IMG/VR virus record: IMGVR_UViG_3300044611_002466
Coordinates: 32,001 to 96,000 of that record
DNA length: 64,000 bases
Reading direction: 5' to 3' (one strand)
DNA from: a virus
Shown: one piece after another, positions 43,689 to 53,143 of the stretch
How positions within the stretch are numbered: the first letter of the stretch is position 1
How the letters are laid out: every line of letters begins with the position of its first letter
Translations under genes and position numbers: made by a program
Notes under the pieces: generated by a model
What the model was told of the DNA's origin: nothing
Database searches by the model: none
Seen by the model: only the letters and a program-made list of their open reading frames with translations

Positions 43689-45625
43689 GACCGAGCGAGT
43701 CCCTTCTGCACGTGCGCCGACGCGAGGATCCGCACGGACATCGGCAGCTCGGTGGCGAGCTCGTCGAAGGAGCTGATCATCCCGAAGCCCCCTTGACCGA
43801 ATGCGATGTTGTACTGGGTCTTGGCGTCCTCCACCGAGGTGCCCGGGTGCCTGATGGCCAGGACGGAGAGCGGAATCTTGTCTGCCCTCACCTCCGAGAG
43901 CACGGCGTGCAGGTCCGTGAGGGGGTTGCCCGTGCTCCCCCGCGCGCGAAGACTGGTCGGCCAGCCGTCGGTCACGAGCATGATCGCACGCTTGGTGGGG
44001 GCCCTCCTGCCCCACCGGTGTGCCACATCGAGCGCCTGTACCGTGTGTGTCGAGCCGTAGCGGATGCCAGTAGTCGTAGGACCGCCGACCTTGTCGAAGA
44101 TGTAGAGGGCGTCGGAGAACCCCCACATGTACGCCTTCGACCGGATGGCCTCCACTGCGTAGATAGAGTCCGCCAACGCTCGCTCCACCAGCGCGAGAGC
44201 TTGGCCCATGGTCATCGAACCGCTCACGTCGAACAGGAACAGCAGCTCGAACCGCGGCACCCGCACCGTCCTGTCGTAGAACGGGCGGTCGAGCTCGCCG
44301 GCCCCCAGCGCGCCCAGGAACTGGTCTCCGTTGAAGTCCCCTTCATCGCCCAGCTTCCGTCGCTTCTTCATCCGCAGCTGCTCCAAGATCCTGCGGTTCT
44401 CGTGCCCGGTCGCCGTAGGAGCCGGCAGCGGTCGGATGGGGGAGACGTTTCGGATCTGAATCCCCGACTCCTGTGCCCACCCCAGGCACACAGCCGCGTT
44501 CGACTCGTCCGGCGTGTCCTGTCGGCGCATCATGGCCCTGCGCGCCTCCTCCAGACGGTCCTGGAGGCTGTCGGCCCCCTGCGCCATGATGAGTCCGAAC
44601 GGTGTGACGCCGGACTCGTCCGTCTCGCGGTCGTCGGCCGACAGGAGCTTGTCCACCCCGATCATCTGCGCGTAGCGCTTCCGCTCCAGCTTGTCGGAGG
44701 GCTTCCCCTCCTTGGCCAGCGGCACATTGCTGCCGATCCGCCCACTCCCGTCGTCCTGCAGGGAGTGCGGCCCTGTCCGCGGAACCATGGACAGCAGCAT
44801 ACGGAGGAGGTGCTCTGCTTGCTTCTTTCGCGCCTCCCGCTGCTGTGCTGGGGCACCGCCGGCGCCGCCCCCTCCACCGCCTTGTGCGGGTGGCGGAGGG
44901 GGGTTGTTGGCCAGGAGCGTGTCCATGATCTCGTCGACGAGGCGCGCTGTGATGGCCAGGCAGGCCACGTTGTCGACCCCCTCCACCAAGTTCAGGGCCC
45001 TGCGCATGGGGCGCCTGCAGTCCTGGAAGTCCTGAGGGGCCTCAGGGGTCTCCACTCCGGCAGAGTAGGCGCCGAGGAACATCACGAGGTTCGACTTCTT
45101 GACCGCCAGCGGCATGACGTGCTCGCTGATGTCGTGCCAGCGCTGCTGGAGCAGCTCTCCCCCGCCCTTGTAGATCTGGCTCCACGCCCAGCAGCACCGC
45201 CAGTCCTCGATGATGTTCCACAGGTGGTGAAGCACCTTCGTGAGGTGCTTCTCGTACGGCAGCGCCGCGTCGGTACCAAGAGGGGCTCCGAGCGCATTCA
45301 GCAGCTTGCTTGCCAACTTCTCGACGAAGCGGCCAGCCAGGACCACATCGGTCTCGAACAGCCAGTGCGAGAGCTCGTGCTCCGTGACCAGGTACCCCTC
45401 AGGATCCTGAAGGGGCGCCCAGATCGTGCTCGAGCAGTCGGTCTTCCCTCCCTCCGGTGAGCTGTCGACGAGCTTGATCTCGCCCACGTCGAGCATTGCA
45501 GCGTACGCCCGGACCAAGTTCTCCGAGCGCAAGAGGATGTATGCCGGGTCCCCGGTCATCGGCCCGAGGTTGAGAGGCGGACGTACACGCGCCGACGTGG
45601 CGCCAGAGCCCTGTGTGGTTGTCAT
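43685..45625 (-). CDS. Metallopeptidase-like (HExxH) + VWA domain protein (CobT/NorD-like architecture)
   Basis: TEHELSHWLF, WNIIEDWR; MIDAS FLFDVSGSM, GST.T, MLVTDGWP. Confidence 0.88.
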   Translation of the reverse strand: MTTTQGSGATSARVRPPLNLGPMTGDPAYILLRSENLVRAYAAMLDVGEIKLVDSSPEGGKTDCSSTIWAPLQDPEGYLVTEHELSHWLFETDVVLAGRFVEKLASKLLNALGAPLGTDAALPYEKHLTKVLHHLWNIIEDWRCCWAWSQIYKGGGELLQQRWHDISEHVMPLAVKKSNLVMFLGAYSAGVETPEAPQDFQDCRRPMRRALNLVEGVDNVACLAITARLVDEIMDTLLANNPPPPPAQGGGGGGAGGAPAQQREARKKQAEHLLRMLLSMVPRTGPHSLQDDGSGRIGSNVPLAKEGKPSDKLERKRYAQMIGVDKLLSADDRETDESGVTPFGLIMAQGADSLQDRLEEARRAMMRRQDTPDESNAAVCLGWAQESGIQIRNVSPIRPLPAPTATGHENRRILEQLRMKKRRKLGDEGDFNGDQFLGALGAGELDRPFYDRTVRVPRFELLFLFDVSGSMTMGQALALVERALADSIYAVEAIRSKAYMWGFSDALYIFDKVGGPTTTGIRYGSTHTVQALDVAHRWGRRAPTKRAIMLVTDGWPTSLRARGSTGNPLTDLHAVLSEVRADKIPLSVLAIRHPGTSVEDAKTQYNIAFGQGGFGMISSFDELATELPMSVRILASAHVQKGLARS

Positions 45626-45873
45626 TTCGCGGCCGCGTCGGGGCGGAGGTCGGCAGCCTTCTTCACGGGCCACGCGTCCATCAGGACGGCGTGCACGCGC
45701 GCAAGCCGAGACGCCTCCGGGTCTCCGCCATTGCTGTCGTTGAGGTCCGCCCAGGCGCGCACCGCGGGGGCGCCGGAGACGTCCTGCGCCCTGATGATGA
45801 ACACCGGCTCGTCCGCCGGGATGAGGTTGAGGGGATCTTGGAAGCGGTCGTAGTCAGCCCGTGCGTGTCGCAT
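45622..45873 (-). CDS. Small phage protein (DEPVFIIRAQD type)
   Basis: Recognisable DEPVF..RAQD...A..W motif. Confidence 0.65.
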   Translation of the reverse strand: MRHARADYDRFQDPLNLIPADEPVFIIRAQDVSGAPAVRAWADLNDSNGGDPEASRLARVHAVLMDAWPVKKAADLRPDAAAK

Positions 45874-46705
45874 CGAAAGCTCCCTGCAGGTAGTGGAAGT
45901 GGTTGAGGAAGAGCTGCTCGCTCTCCGCAGGCAGCAGTGGGTGGGTGATTCTCAGGTGTTCGAGCGGCGTGCGCAGTCCCGACCACTTGCGGGAGGGCGA
46001 GCCATCCGACTTGAAGTACGGCATCAAGTCCATTCGCTCGGTGGCGAGCATCTCGTCGTCCGCGTCGTGCACCACATCCTCGAGCGCGGACGTCATCACC
46101 ACACCGAAGCGCTGGTAGATGTGGTACTGCAGCGACTCCTCTGCTTTGCGGTAGGGCTCCATCAGGGCGTGACGCTTCATGGGCCGCGGCACGTCCACGA
46201 GGTACGCTTCCGACCCGTCATGCAGCAGACCTGCCAGCCCTGCGAGCGTCTGCCCCTCGCGAGCCCCCCAGAGCTCCATGGCCCGTCGTGAGACGTGAAC
46301 CGAGTGCTCGGCCACGGAGTAGAACTCCTGCACGTGGCCCGCGAAGCGGCACATGTTCGAGAGAGCGTGCGCGATGTCGACCAACAGGATCTCGTCCGGG
46401 CGAGGATCCAGCGGGTAGAACGCCACTCCAGAGAAGGTGCACTGCCAGTCCCCTATGCGAGGCAGGACTCCGTCCAGCTCCTTGTCCCTGGACTCCCAGA
46501 GGTGCTCTGCGGCGTCCTTGAGCAGGTCGTACCGCCCAACGAGCTCGCCGTCGCGCGTGGCTTCCCAACGACCCTCCCGGTCGTAGTTGTCACGCGCCTC
46601 AACCATCCCGAGCTGGCGCCGTTGCTTGCGTTCTCCCTTGGTCCACACCGAGTAGACCCCTCCCGTACCCAGCGACATGTAGGGGAGTCCGTTCTTCTTA
46701 CTCAT
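45854..46705 (-). CDS. HD-domain phosphohydrolase (YfbR-like 5'-deoxynucleotidase) with N-terminal extra domain
   Basis: DIAHALSN.CRFAGH...YSVAEHS, LLHDGSEAYL.D.PRP.K, AD..ML.TE..DL. Confidence 0.88.
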   Translation of the reverse strand: MSKKNGLPYMSLGTGGVYSVWTKGERKQRRQLGMVEARDNYDREGRWEATRDGELVGRYDLLKDAAEHLWESRDKELDGVLPRIGDWQCTFSGVAFYPLDPRPDEILLVDIAHALSNMCRFAGHVQEFYSVAEHSVHVSRRAMELWGAREGQTLAGLAGLLHDGSEAYLVDVPRPMKRHALMEPYRKAEESLQYHIYQRFGVVMTSALEDVVHDADDEMLATERMDLMPYFKSDGSPSRKWSGLRTPLEHLRITHPLLPAESEQLFLNHFHYLQGAFDATRTG

Positions 46706-47292
46706 CGAACCTTCCTTTTCCACGGCGCGTAGCCGAAGACGATGGGGGCTGCGTCCCCGAGTTGCTGCGGGTAGCGGATGTCTCGCTTCACCTGCCGGGG
46801 CCGAATGACGGCGACCATGGACCCTCCCATCGGGCGAGTGCGTTCGCCGTCCGGGTCAATGAAGGAGATCCGCGGAGTGAAGCGTAGCTCTGCGCCCTGC
46901 TCCCAGAGGAACTCCGCCCACCCTGTGTCTGGTGTCGCCGGCAGCAGGAGGACCACCACTTCCATGCCCTGCGCTTCGGTGTGGGCACATCCGACCCATC
47001 GGTCGAGCCCCCCGCCGTCCGGTGAGTAGGGCGGGTTCAGGAACCCGCGCCGACCGGGCCACACCCGGGTGAAGGCATCTCGCCTGCTGGGATCTGGGTG
47101 GTCGAGTCCCATCCAGTTGGCACACTTCGCCGTCTCCGTAGTGGCGGCGCAGTCCAGATCGAAGTCGAACTCCTGGTCGAGCTCGTCGAAGACCCGATAG
47201 GGCGTTCCCCAGAAGTTCTTGAGGTCGATGCCGAGACGGAGGACCTTCTCTCGCCTCTTCCCTTCCGCTACTGCCGAGTGGTCCACGTGCAC
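46702..47292 (-). CDS. Phage DNA N6-adenine methyltransferase
   Basis: W.TP...F..LD.EF.FDLD.AA, NPPYS, V.LLPA..DT.W, RI.F. Confidence 0.9.
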   Translation of the reverse strand: MHVDHSAVAEGKRREKVLRLGIDLKNFWGTPYRVFDELDQEFDFDLDCAATTETAKCANWMGLDHPDPSRRDAFTRVWPGRRGFLNPPYSPDGGGLDRWVGCAHTEAQGMEVVVLLLPATPDTGWAEFLWEQGAELRFTPRISFIDPDGERTRPMGGSMVAVIRPRQVKRDIRYPQQLGDAAPIVFGYAPWKRKVR

Positions 47293-47350
47293 CTCCGATG
47301 GCTCATGGTAGCTCCGCCGTAACCGACGAAGTATGCGCGCTGTTGCGGCC

Positions 47351-48403
47351 TCACCAGAGGCTCACGGCCGTGATGTCGATGTTGAAGACGCTCTTCACAC
47401 GCGCGCGCAGGTCGGCCACAAACTGGGCATCGAACTTCCCCTCGAGCATCTTGAGGGCCAGGGCGGTCGACTTGAATGCGACGTAGTCCTCAAGCACCTG
47501 CTCGAGGTCGCGCGTCGACAACGCGTACCCAAACTTCCCGCCGCGGCTCTCCTTCGCCAGGGCCTGAAGGCTCCCGATGAACCGCACCTCGTCCGCCGTA
47601 GCCTTGCCGCCGGGCATCCTCTTGGTCAGGATGGCCTGCTCGACGGCGTCCTCCATGAAGGACATCTCTACGAACTTGAAGCGGGACCGGAAGTCCTCGT
47701 TCAGGTCGTAGGTGCCCCCGTACCCGGGGTTCATCGTGCCGACGATCCAGAGCCTCGGCCTGACCGTGAGGATCTGTCCCTTGGTCACCGAACAGCCCAC
47801 CAGGCTCGCGGGGTCGAGGAGGGCGGTGACCATCTTCTGCTCGAACACCTCCTCGGTGGTGGCGTTGGCGATCACCAAGTTCGTCGTGAACTCGTCGAGC
47901 TCGTCCCTCTCTACGATTACCCCCGCGAAGGGAGCCGCCACGGCCTCCGCCAAGCGGTACACGGCGCCGACATGCGGCAGGTCGACCTCACGCCGGTAGT
48001 CGGCGATGGAGTTGACCGCCTTCTGCGCTTCCTCGTTCAGCGCGTTGATCTCCTCGAGCACCAACACGCACCTGCCGGTCTGGTTGGCCACGTCGATGGC
48101 CGTCGCCAGGACTCCCAGGGTGAAGTAGCTCTCGTCGAAGCTCTTGAGGGTGAAGGCGCCGAGCAGGTGGCGGTCGCCGGTGTCGGCGGTGCAGCTCTTG
48201 CGCAGGAAGGGCACCTTGCGCACGGCCGCCCACTGCTCGATGTTCAGGGTCTTGCCGGCGCCCTTGGGGCCCTTCAGGATGAGGGGCGAGCCCCACGCCA
48301 GCTTGTCGAGCACCTCGATGACCTTCGTCTGGTGAAAGCCCGGGAAGTGCCGGGCAACAAGCTGGTCGGTGGCAATGCGGCGGATCTCGGTATTCTCGTA
48401 CAC
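47351..48403 (-). CDS. MoxR/CbbQ-type AAA+ ATPase
   Basis: GPKGAGKT, LEEINAL, GTMNPGYGGT..L...F.SRF, STR.L; start refined to GTG after GAGG. Confidence 0.88.
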   Translation of the reverse strand: MYENTEIRRIATDQLVARHFPGFHQTKVIEVLDKLAWGSPLILKGPKGAGKTLNIEQWAAVRKVPFLRKSCTADTGDRHLLGAFTLKSFDESYFTLGVLATAIDVANQTGRCVLVLEEINALNEEAQKAVNSIADYRREVDLPHVGAVYRLAEAVAAPFAGVIVERDELDEFTTNLVIANATTEEVFEQKMVTALLDPASLVGCSVTKGQILTVRPRLWIVGTMNPGYGGTYDLNEDFRSRFKFVEMSFMEDAVEQAILTKRMPGGKATADEVRFIGSLQALAKESRGGKFGYALSTRDLEQVLEDYVAFKSTALALKMLEGKFDAQFVADLRARVKSVFNIDITAVSLW

Positions 48404-48430
48404 GTTGACCTCTAAAAGGGTATTTGGCAC

Positions 48431-48466
48431 AGAGAAAAGCCGCCCTGGGTCGGACCAGGGCGGCTT
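48431..48466 (-). terminator. Rho-independent terminator
   Basis: AAGCCGCCCTGG/CCAGGGCGGCTT stem with TTTTCTCT tail on the - strand. Confidence 0.8.
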
Positions 48467-48492
48467 CGTTTGTGGGGTCTGCGGTGAGTGCG

Positions 48493-48648
48493 CTACGCCT
48501 CAGCGACCTGAGCGGCGATGACGGACACCACACGCGCGATGGGGGTGTACTGCGGGACCCCCCGCGAGTTGAACGTCACCTGAAACAGGACGGTGACCCC
48601 CGTAGGGCCGACCCCGCGCACCACGGTGTTGGCCGTCCAGGTGAGCAT
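48493..48648 (-). CDS. 51-aa protein MLTWTANTVVRGVGPTG..., below the ORF-track cutoff
   Basis: Translated by hand; fills the gap between the ParB stop and the terminator. Confidence 0.55.
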   Translation of the reverse strand: MLTWTANTVVRGVGPTGVTVLFQVTFNSRGVPQYTPIARVVSVIAAQVAEA

Positions 48649-48651
48649 CTA

Positions 48652-49551
48652 CTACTCCGCGTCCCTGGTGGACCGCCGGCGGCGCACCACCCGCTCGACA
48701 GGCGTCGAGCCCGCTTCCTCCTCCGGCTCGTACTGGATGGCCGCCTTGACCTCATCCTCGGCGCAGAGGCCGAGGACGCCCCGAAGCCCCATGGCGACCC
48801 CGTGCGCGTTCCGCTTCTTCGGGTTGGTGCTGGCCTCTTCGGCCAGGGCCAGCAGAGACATCAGCGTCTTCTTGCTGGGCTTGGCGGTCTTGTCGGGCTT
48901 GCCTTCCACCTTGGCGTCTTCCAGCTTGATCAGCTTCTCGCCCGCCGTGCGGGCCTGCTTGATGCGCTTGTCCTGGTCCTCCTTGGACAGGTTCTTCGCG
49001 AGCTCGTAAGCCGCGGAGATGGAGATGATGCCCTCGCGAAGAGCCTTCAGGAGCTCCTCAGACCCCTTGCGGCAGATCGTCAGCCGCAGGGAGACCCACT
49101 GGGCGCCTCGGTGAAGCCGCTTCGCCAGGCCCTCCGGGTCATGTCCCTCTTCCTCCACCATCCGATGAACCCACAGGAGCTCGTCGACGGGGTCGACGTC
49201 CTGCCGGTCGATGTTCTCCACGCCGTTGAGGAGCTTCGCATCCTCGAGGCTCCCCACGAACTTGTTGCACCGGACCTCCCCGTCGTTCCAGTCCACGTCC
49301 CGGTTCTCGAGGATCGACTGAATGGCCCGGAGTCGCCGAGAGCCGCACACGAGCTCGATGATCTCATCCCCGGTCTCCGGATCCGCGGTCTCCATGACCA
49401 CGAGGGGGTTCAGCAACCCCCCTTCGTAGATGCTGTCGGCGAGGTCGGCGATCTCCCCGGCGTCGAACTGGGTGCGGATGTTCTTGATGCTACGCCCGAC
49501 CTTGATCTCCCCGACGGGGATCATGATGGGGGCGGGTTCAATGACGTACAT
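48652..49551 (-). CDS. ParB/Srx-like domain protein with HTH
   Basis: IADLADSI...GLLNPLVV, ELVCGSRRLRA, ENIDRQD.DP.DE, HTH LAKRLHRGAQWVS.RL. Confidence 0.88.
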   Translation of the reverse strand: MYVIEPAPIMIPVGEIKVGRSIKNIRTQFDAGEIADLADSIYEGGLLNPLVVMETADPETGDEIIELVCGSRRLRAIQSILENRDVDWNDGEVRCNKFVGSLEDAKLLNGVENIDRQDVDPVDELLWVHRMVEEEGHDPEGLAKRLHRGAQWVSLRLTICRKGSEELLKALREGIISISAAYELAKNLSKEDQDKRIKQARTAGEKLIKLEDAKVEGKPDKTAKPSKKTLMSLLALAEEASTNPKKRNAHGVAMGLRGVLGLCAEDEVKAAIQYEPEEEAGSTPVERVVRRRRSTRDAE

Positions 49552-49621
49552 GAGTGCAGTTCCTCACAAGAAGGGGGCGAATCGGGACCAAGTACCCTAT
49601 GTCACGGGTGTGCCCGGCTTT

Positions 49622-49963
49622 TCAGGACTTGATCCACACCGACGGAATCAGAAGGTTGTAAGTGAATACGTTTCCATCGTCCCTGGTGTCGAACTCAATC
49701 CGCCAACCAAGGGAGCTCGGGCACAAGCGCACGTCCTCCACCCCGTGGACGCTTCGCTTCACCGCAGCTACGAGCTGCTCGAACGTCTCGGAGGGGGCTG
49801 CCTCGAAGATGTCCTGCACCGGCGACGACTCCTTGCAGGAGCGACAGATCCCCGCACACAGGTTCAGCAGGTAGCGCATGTCGGGTGCGTAGGAAGGGAA
49901 CTTCACCTCGGCACGCGCTCTGTCCGCAAACTTCCCTCGGGCGTCAATGACATTCATACTCAT
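49622..49963 (-). CDS. Hypothetical protein
   Basis: ATGA-coupled; CxxxCxxC. Confidence 0.55.
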   Translation of the reverse strand: MSMNVIDARGKFADRARAEVKFPSYAPDMRYLLNLCAGICRSCKESSPVQDIFEAAPSETFEQLVAAVKRSVHGVEDVRLCPSSLGWRIEFDTRDDGNVFTYNLLIPSVWIKS

Positions 49964-50229
49964 CCGGCTTTCTCGCTCCTTCGGGCTTGGCGGGCTTCCA
50001 GGAAGCGAAGGATCTCGTCCTCGCTCCACGCGCTCAGGAGGGCCTCTGCCATCCTGTCGTCAGACACGTCGTCCAAGACGACTGGGTTCAGGGTCGTGAC
50101 CTCCCGCACCCCCCGTGCGAGTAGGATGAACGCCCCTGTTCTCTGTAGGCTGAGCTGGGCAAGCTCCCCCAGCCGCATCTTGAACTCGGCGGGGGAGTCT
50201 TGGCTGAAGTCGAGGTCGGGCATCGCCAC
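49960..50229 (-). CDS. Hypothetical protein
   Basis: 89-aa ORF. Confidence 0.55.
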   Translation of the reverse strand: MAMPDLDFSQDSPAEFKMRLGELAQLSLQRTGAFILLARGVREVTTLNPVVLDDVSDDRMAEALLSAWSEDEILRFLEARQARRSEKAG

Positions 50230-50271
50230 ACCTACACCCTTGTACTCACATCGTCAAGGGCACGGCGCGGC

Positions 50272-50550
50272 TCAGCCCTTGATGCGGCCCTTCAATATCT
50301 GGATTGCCGGGTTCCATGCCCGTGAATCACAGGCGTAGAGGGTGCGCAGGATCAGCGTGGCGAGCTCTTCCGCCCGCACCTGCAGCAGGTCAGGTCGGCC
50401 GGTACCGAGGCTCACGAGCACGGCACCCGTGTCGGTCGCGGAGAACCCGACGGACACGAACACGACCTCCGGCACCGCGAAGAGCACACGCTCGAGTTCT
50501 TCACGGAGTGCGCGGAGCTCGGGAGTCAGAACGAGCAAGTCCATGAACAC
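50272..50550 (-). CDS. Hypothetical protein
   Basis: GGAGG SD. Confidence 0.6.
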   Translation of the reverse strand: MFMDLLVLTPELRALREELERVLFAVPEVVFVSVGFSATDTGAVLVSLGTGRPDLLQVRAEELATLILRTLYACDSRAWNPAIQILKGRIKG

Positions 50551-50562
50551 CTCCCAGGTCGG

Positions 50563-52059
50563 CTACTTGAGCTCGATCTCGAAAAGGTCCATCCGGACCT
50601 TGTTGTCCGCGTGCGCAGCCGCCCACTGGGCGGTCACGCGAACCACGGCGGTCTGGGTGGTGTTGACGCTCGGTGACGCGTCCGACCGCGCCACCAACGC
50701 CACCCCGTTCATGCCCGAGCCACCGCTCCACAGCTGCCGAAGGACGCGGGTAGCGTCGGTGCCGGTGGAGAGGATGTGCCCGTCGTAGAACAGGACCCAG
50801 CTCTCCCCGTCGGCGACCGTGAGCGAGAGCGTGGCCAGCGTGACCGCGGTGGCCCCGTTGAGGTAGAGCTGGAGTCGCAGGGTCAGCCCCGCGCTTCCTC
50901 CGTTGGTGTCGACGATGGTGCCGCCCGCCCGGATGCACAGCCCGCGCCCGCTCACGAGAGTGTTCGCGGGCAGGGCCGCGGGGGCGAGGCTGAACACCGT
51001 CTCCACGGTGGTGTTCTCCACCAGGGCGGAGACGTCGAGGTTGACGTAGAGGGTGCCGCCCACTGTCAGGATCGAGCCCGAGGCCACTCCCATCTCCGTG
51101 GTGAGGAGCCCATCAACCCGCAGGTCCTGGGACACCACCACGTCGCCCACCCCGAGAGTGATGACCTCAGCCCCGTTTCGAGTGTCGACGTTGAGGTAGA
51201 CGTTGCTGCCCTGCTTCACCTGCCAAGCCGTGGCCAGGTGGTCGGCGATAGAGAAGTCCGCAGACAGGGCCGTGACCGAGTAGGCTTCGCCGGCGACGTT
51301 GTAGGAGTAGCTCCCGGCGGTCTGGGAGTAGCCTCCGCTGTTCGTGAGGAGGCCTTCGACGGTGAGCGGGCCCTCCTGGAGCATCAGACCGCTGCCCAGG
51401 AAGGTGTACTGCGGGTTCGTGGTCGTGTTGCCGAACCGCATCTCCTCAGACGTGCCGGTCGTGTTGAGGTTGAAGTACTCGTTCGCTCCCTGGGCGATGA
51501 TGTAGGCGTTCTCCACGCCCTCCTTGACCGCGTAGGAGTAGCTCGCGCCCGTGAAGAGGTGGTTGGCAAGCGCAGACCCGTAGTTCAGGTCGCGCTCTCC
51601 AGAGGTGCCGATGTTCACGTCTTGGTCGACGTCGTCTGTGCCGATGTTGACCGGCCCGGCGCTCGAGTTCAGCGAGAGCGCGCTGACGCTGTCGAGGTCC
51701 ATCCCCGCGGTGCTGGTCATGGCCAAGCCGCCGAGGCCTGCGCGCATCCAGAGGCGAGCCGTGGTGACCGTCGTGGGGTCCGCGCCGACGACGACCTCTT
51801 CAGACCCGTTCGTGGTCTTGAAGATCATGTAGCGGTCGATGCCCTGCACGAGCGCCCACGCCTCGGAGGTGTTGTCGAGGAGCGCCTTGTTGGCCTCGGG
51901 CACCGTCGAGAGCATGAAGGCTCGTTCGGTGCCGGCGGAGTCGCGCACGTACGGGTAGCCGTCGTTCTTCCAGTACAACCGGTCGACCCCGGAAGCGGGG
52001 TTGGCGGGGGCCGCGCCGCGGCGGAAGTCGATGTTGTCGGTGGTGATCAAGCCAGGCAT
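50563..52059 (-). CDS. Virion-type beta-rich protein (fibre/appendage-like) with three internal repeats
   Basis: Thr/Ser/Gly/Asn-rich; A(W/Y)xxxQGxxxYxxxxTxxGxE x3. Confidence 0.65.
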   Translation of the reverse strand: MPGLITTDNIDFRRGAAPANPASGVDRLYWKNDGYPYVRDSAGTERAFMLSTVPEANKALLDNTSEAWALVQGIDRYMIFKTTNGSEEVVVGADPTTVTTARLWMRAGLGGLAMTSTAGMDLDSVSALSLNSSAGPVNIGTDDVDQDVNIGTSGERDLNYGSALANHLFTGASYSYAVKEGVENAYIIAQGANEYFNLNTTGTSEEMRFGNTTTNPQYTFLGSGLMLQEGPLTVEGLLTNSGGYSQTAGSYSYNVAGEAYSVTALSADFSIADHLATAWQVKQGSNVYLNVDTRNGAEVITLGVGDVVVSQDLRVDGLLTTEMGVASGSILTVGGTLYVNLDVSALVENTTVETVFSLAPAALPANTLVSGRGLCIRAGGTIVDTNGGSAGLTLRLQLYLNGATAVTLATLSLTVADGESWVLFYDGHILSTGTDATRVLRQLWSGGSGMNGVALVARSDASPSVNTTQTAVVRVTAQWAAAHADNKVRMDLFEIELK

Positions 52060-52092
52060 GAAGGTCTCCGGGAGGTACAGGGGGCGCGTGAC

Positions 52093-52644
52093 TTACGGGA
52101 GGAGGTACAGGTCGCCCTGGACATCGAGGCGCCCGTTGACGGTGAACGAGCGGACAACGATGTGCTGCGTGTCGGCGGCGATGACGTCGTCGACCTCGGC
52201 GGGGACGATGTTCGGCCAGCCGTAGGCCGGGCCGGGCACCCGCCCAGAGTGGAGGATCACGGTGCCGAGCACATCGAGGGAGCCCTGGACGTCGAGCTCG
52301 CTGATGAGGAGCTCGGTCTCGGCGGGGATCGAGACCTCCTCGCCCTCTGGGATCACCTGCTCCTGCGACCAGCGCAGGCGGTACAGGTCGGAAGTCGACC
52401 CGCCGGCACCGTACCCGTGGCGCACCCACCTCCCGGGCCCCCCAGTCGGCGGCACGATGTCCGGGAGGCTCTCCGCGAGCACCGAGGCGTAGTCGTAGAA
52501 GTAGAGGCTCCGCTCGTCCTCGACGTAGACGCCCTGTGCGTTGCTGGCGTCTCCGGTGGGGACCAGCCTGAGCTCGTCGATGTCCTGGACGGGCTGTGCC
52601 AGGGTCTCGTTCGGTCCGCGATGGGTGAGGATGCGCTGTCCCAT
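52093..52644 (-). CDS. Virion-type hypothetical protein
   Basis: Start refined to MGQRILTH; duplicated ELDVQGSLDV / FTVNGRLDVQGDL ends. Confidence 0.6.
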   Translation of the reverse strand: MGQRILTHRGPNETLAQPVQDIDELRLVPTGDASNAQGVYVEDERSLYFYDYASVLAESLPDIVPPTGGPGRWVRHGYGAGGSTSDLYRLRWSQEQVIPEGEEVSIPAETELLISELDVQGSLDVLGTVILHSGRVPGPAYGWPNIVPAEVDDVIAADTQHIVVRSFTVNGRLDVQGDLYLLP

Positions 52645-53021
52645 CAGACCGGCCGCACGAGCGCGAGCCACGCGTCGAGGGTGGGGGAGGTGCCGCTGGG
52701 CGTGCCTTCGACCACGAGGGCCACTCGAGGGGCCCCCTGGGACTCTACGAGGACGCAGTCGTCGCCGTTCACCACGATCTGGTTCCCCCTGTGCCACCTT
52801 CCGGACACCTCGGAGAACCAGTAGAGTCGAACCCGAAAGACGGGGTTCGTGCCGCCCAGGGCGAAGAGCACGTGGATGTACTCGTTCTGCTGAAGCAGAT
52901 GCCCGTGGCTGCTCGTGGTGGGGACTGCCGTTGCAGCGGACACGCCGGCCAGGACACGGCGCTCAGCGGCCGTGGTCCCGGAGACCGCAGTGACGTTCTT
53001 GACTCGGCGGGTTGACGGCAT
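52644..53021 (-). CDS. Virion-type hypothetical protein (jelly-roll-like)
   Basis: Beta-rich, coupled to the downstream gene. Confidence 0.6.
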   Translation of the reverse strand: MPSTRRVKNVTAVSGTTAAERRVLAGVSAATAVPTTSSHGHLLQQNEYIHVLFALGGTNPVFRVRLYWFSEVSGRWHRGNQIVVNGDDCVLVESQGAPRVALVVEGTPSGTSPTLDAWLALVRPV

Positions 53022-53143
53022 GGTGTTCCTGCTCGGGGTGGTCCGGTTCCCCTGATACTACCTCGCCGTGGAGCTCTGCGCCCCAGGGCTAAGAGGACGC
53101 ACCCTGGATGACTCCAGGTACGCCCACCACCGTCGCCGGTCCG

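Noticed and set aside
40364-47292. dZ or other hypermodified-base pathway (HD + NUDIX + ThyX)
   Set aside because: No PurZ, glycosyl/amino-transferase, kinase or dedicated polymerase in the window; these enzymes are common in ordinary phages
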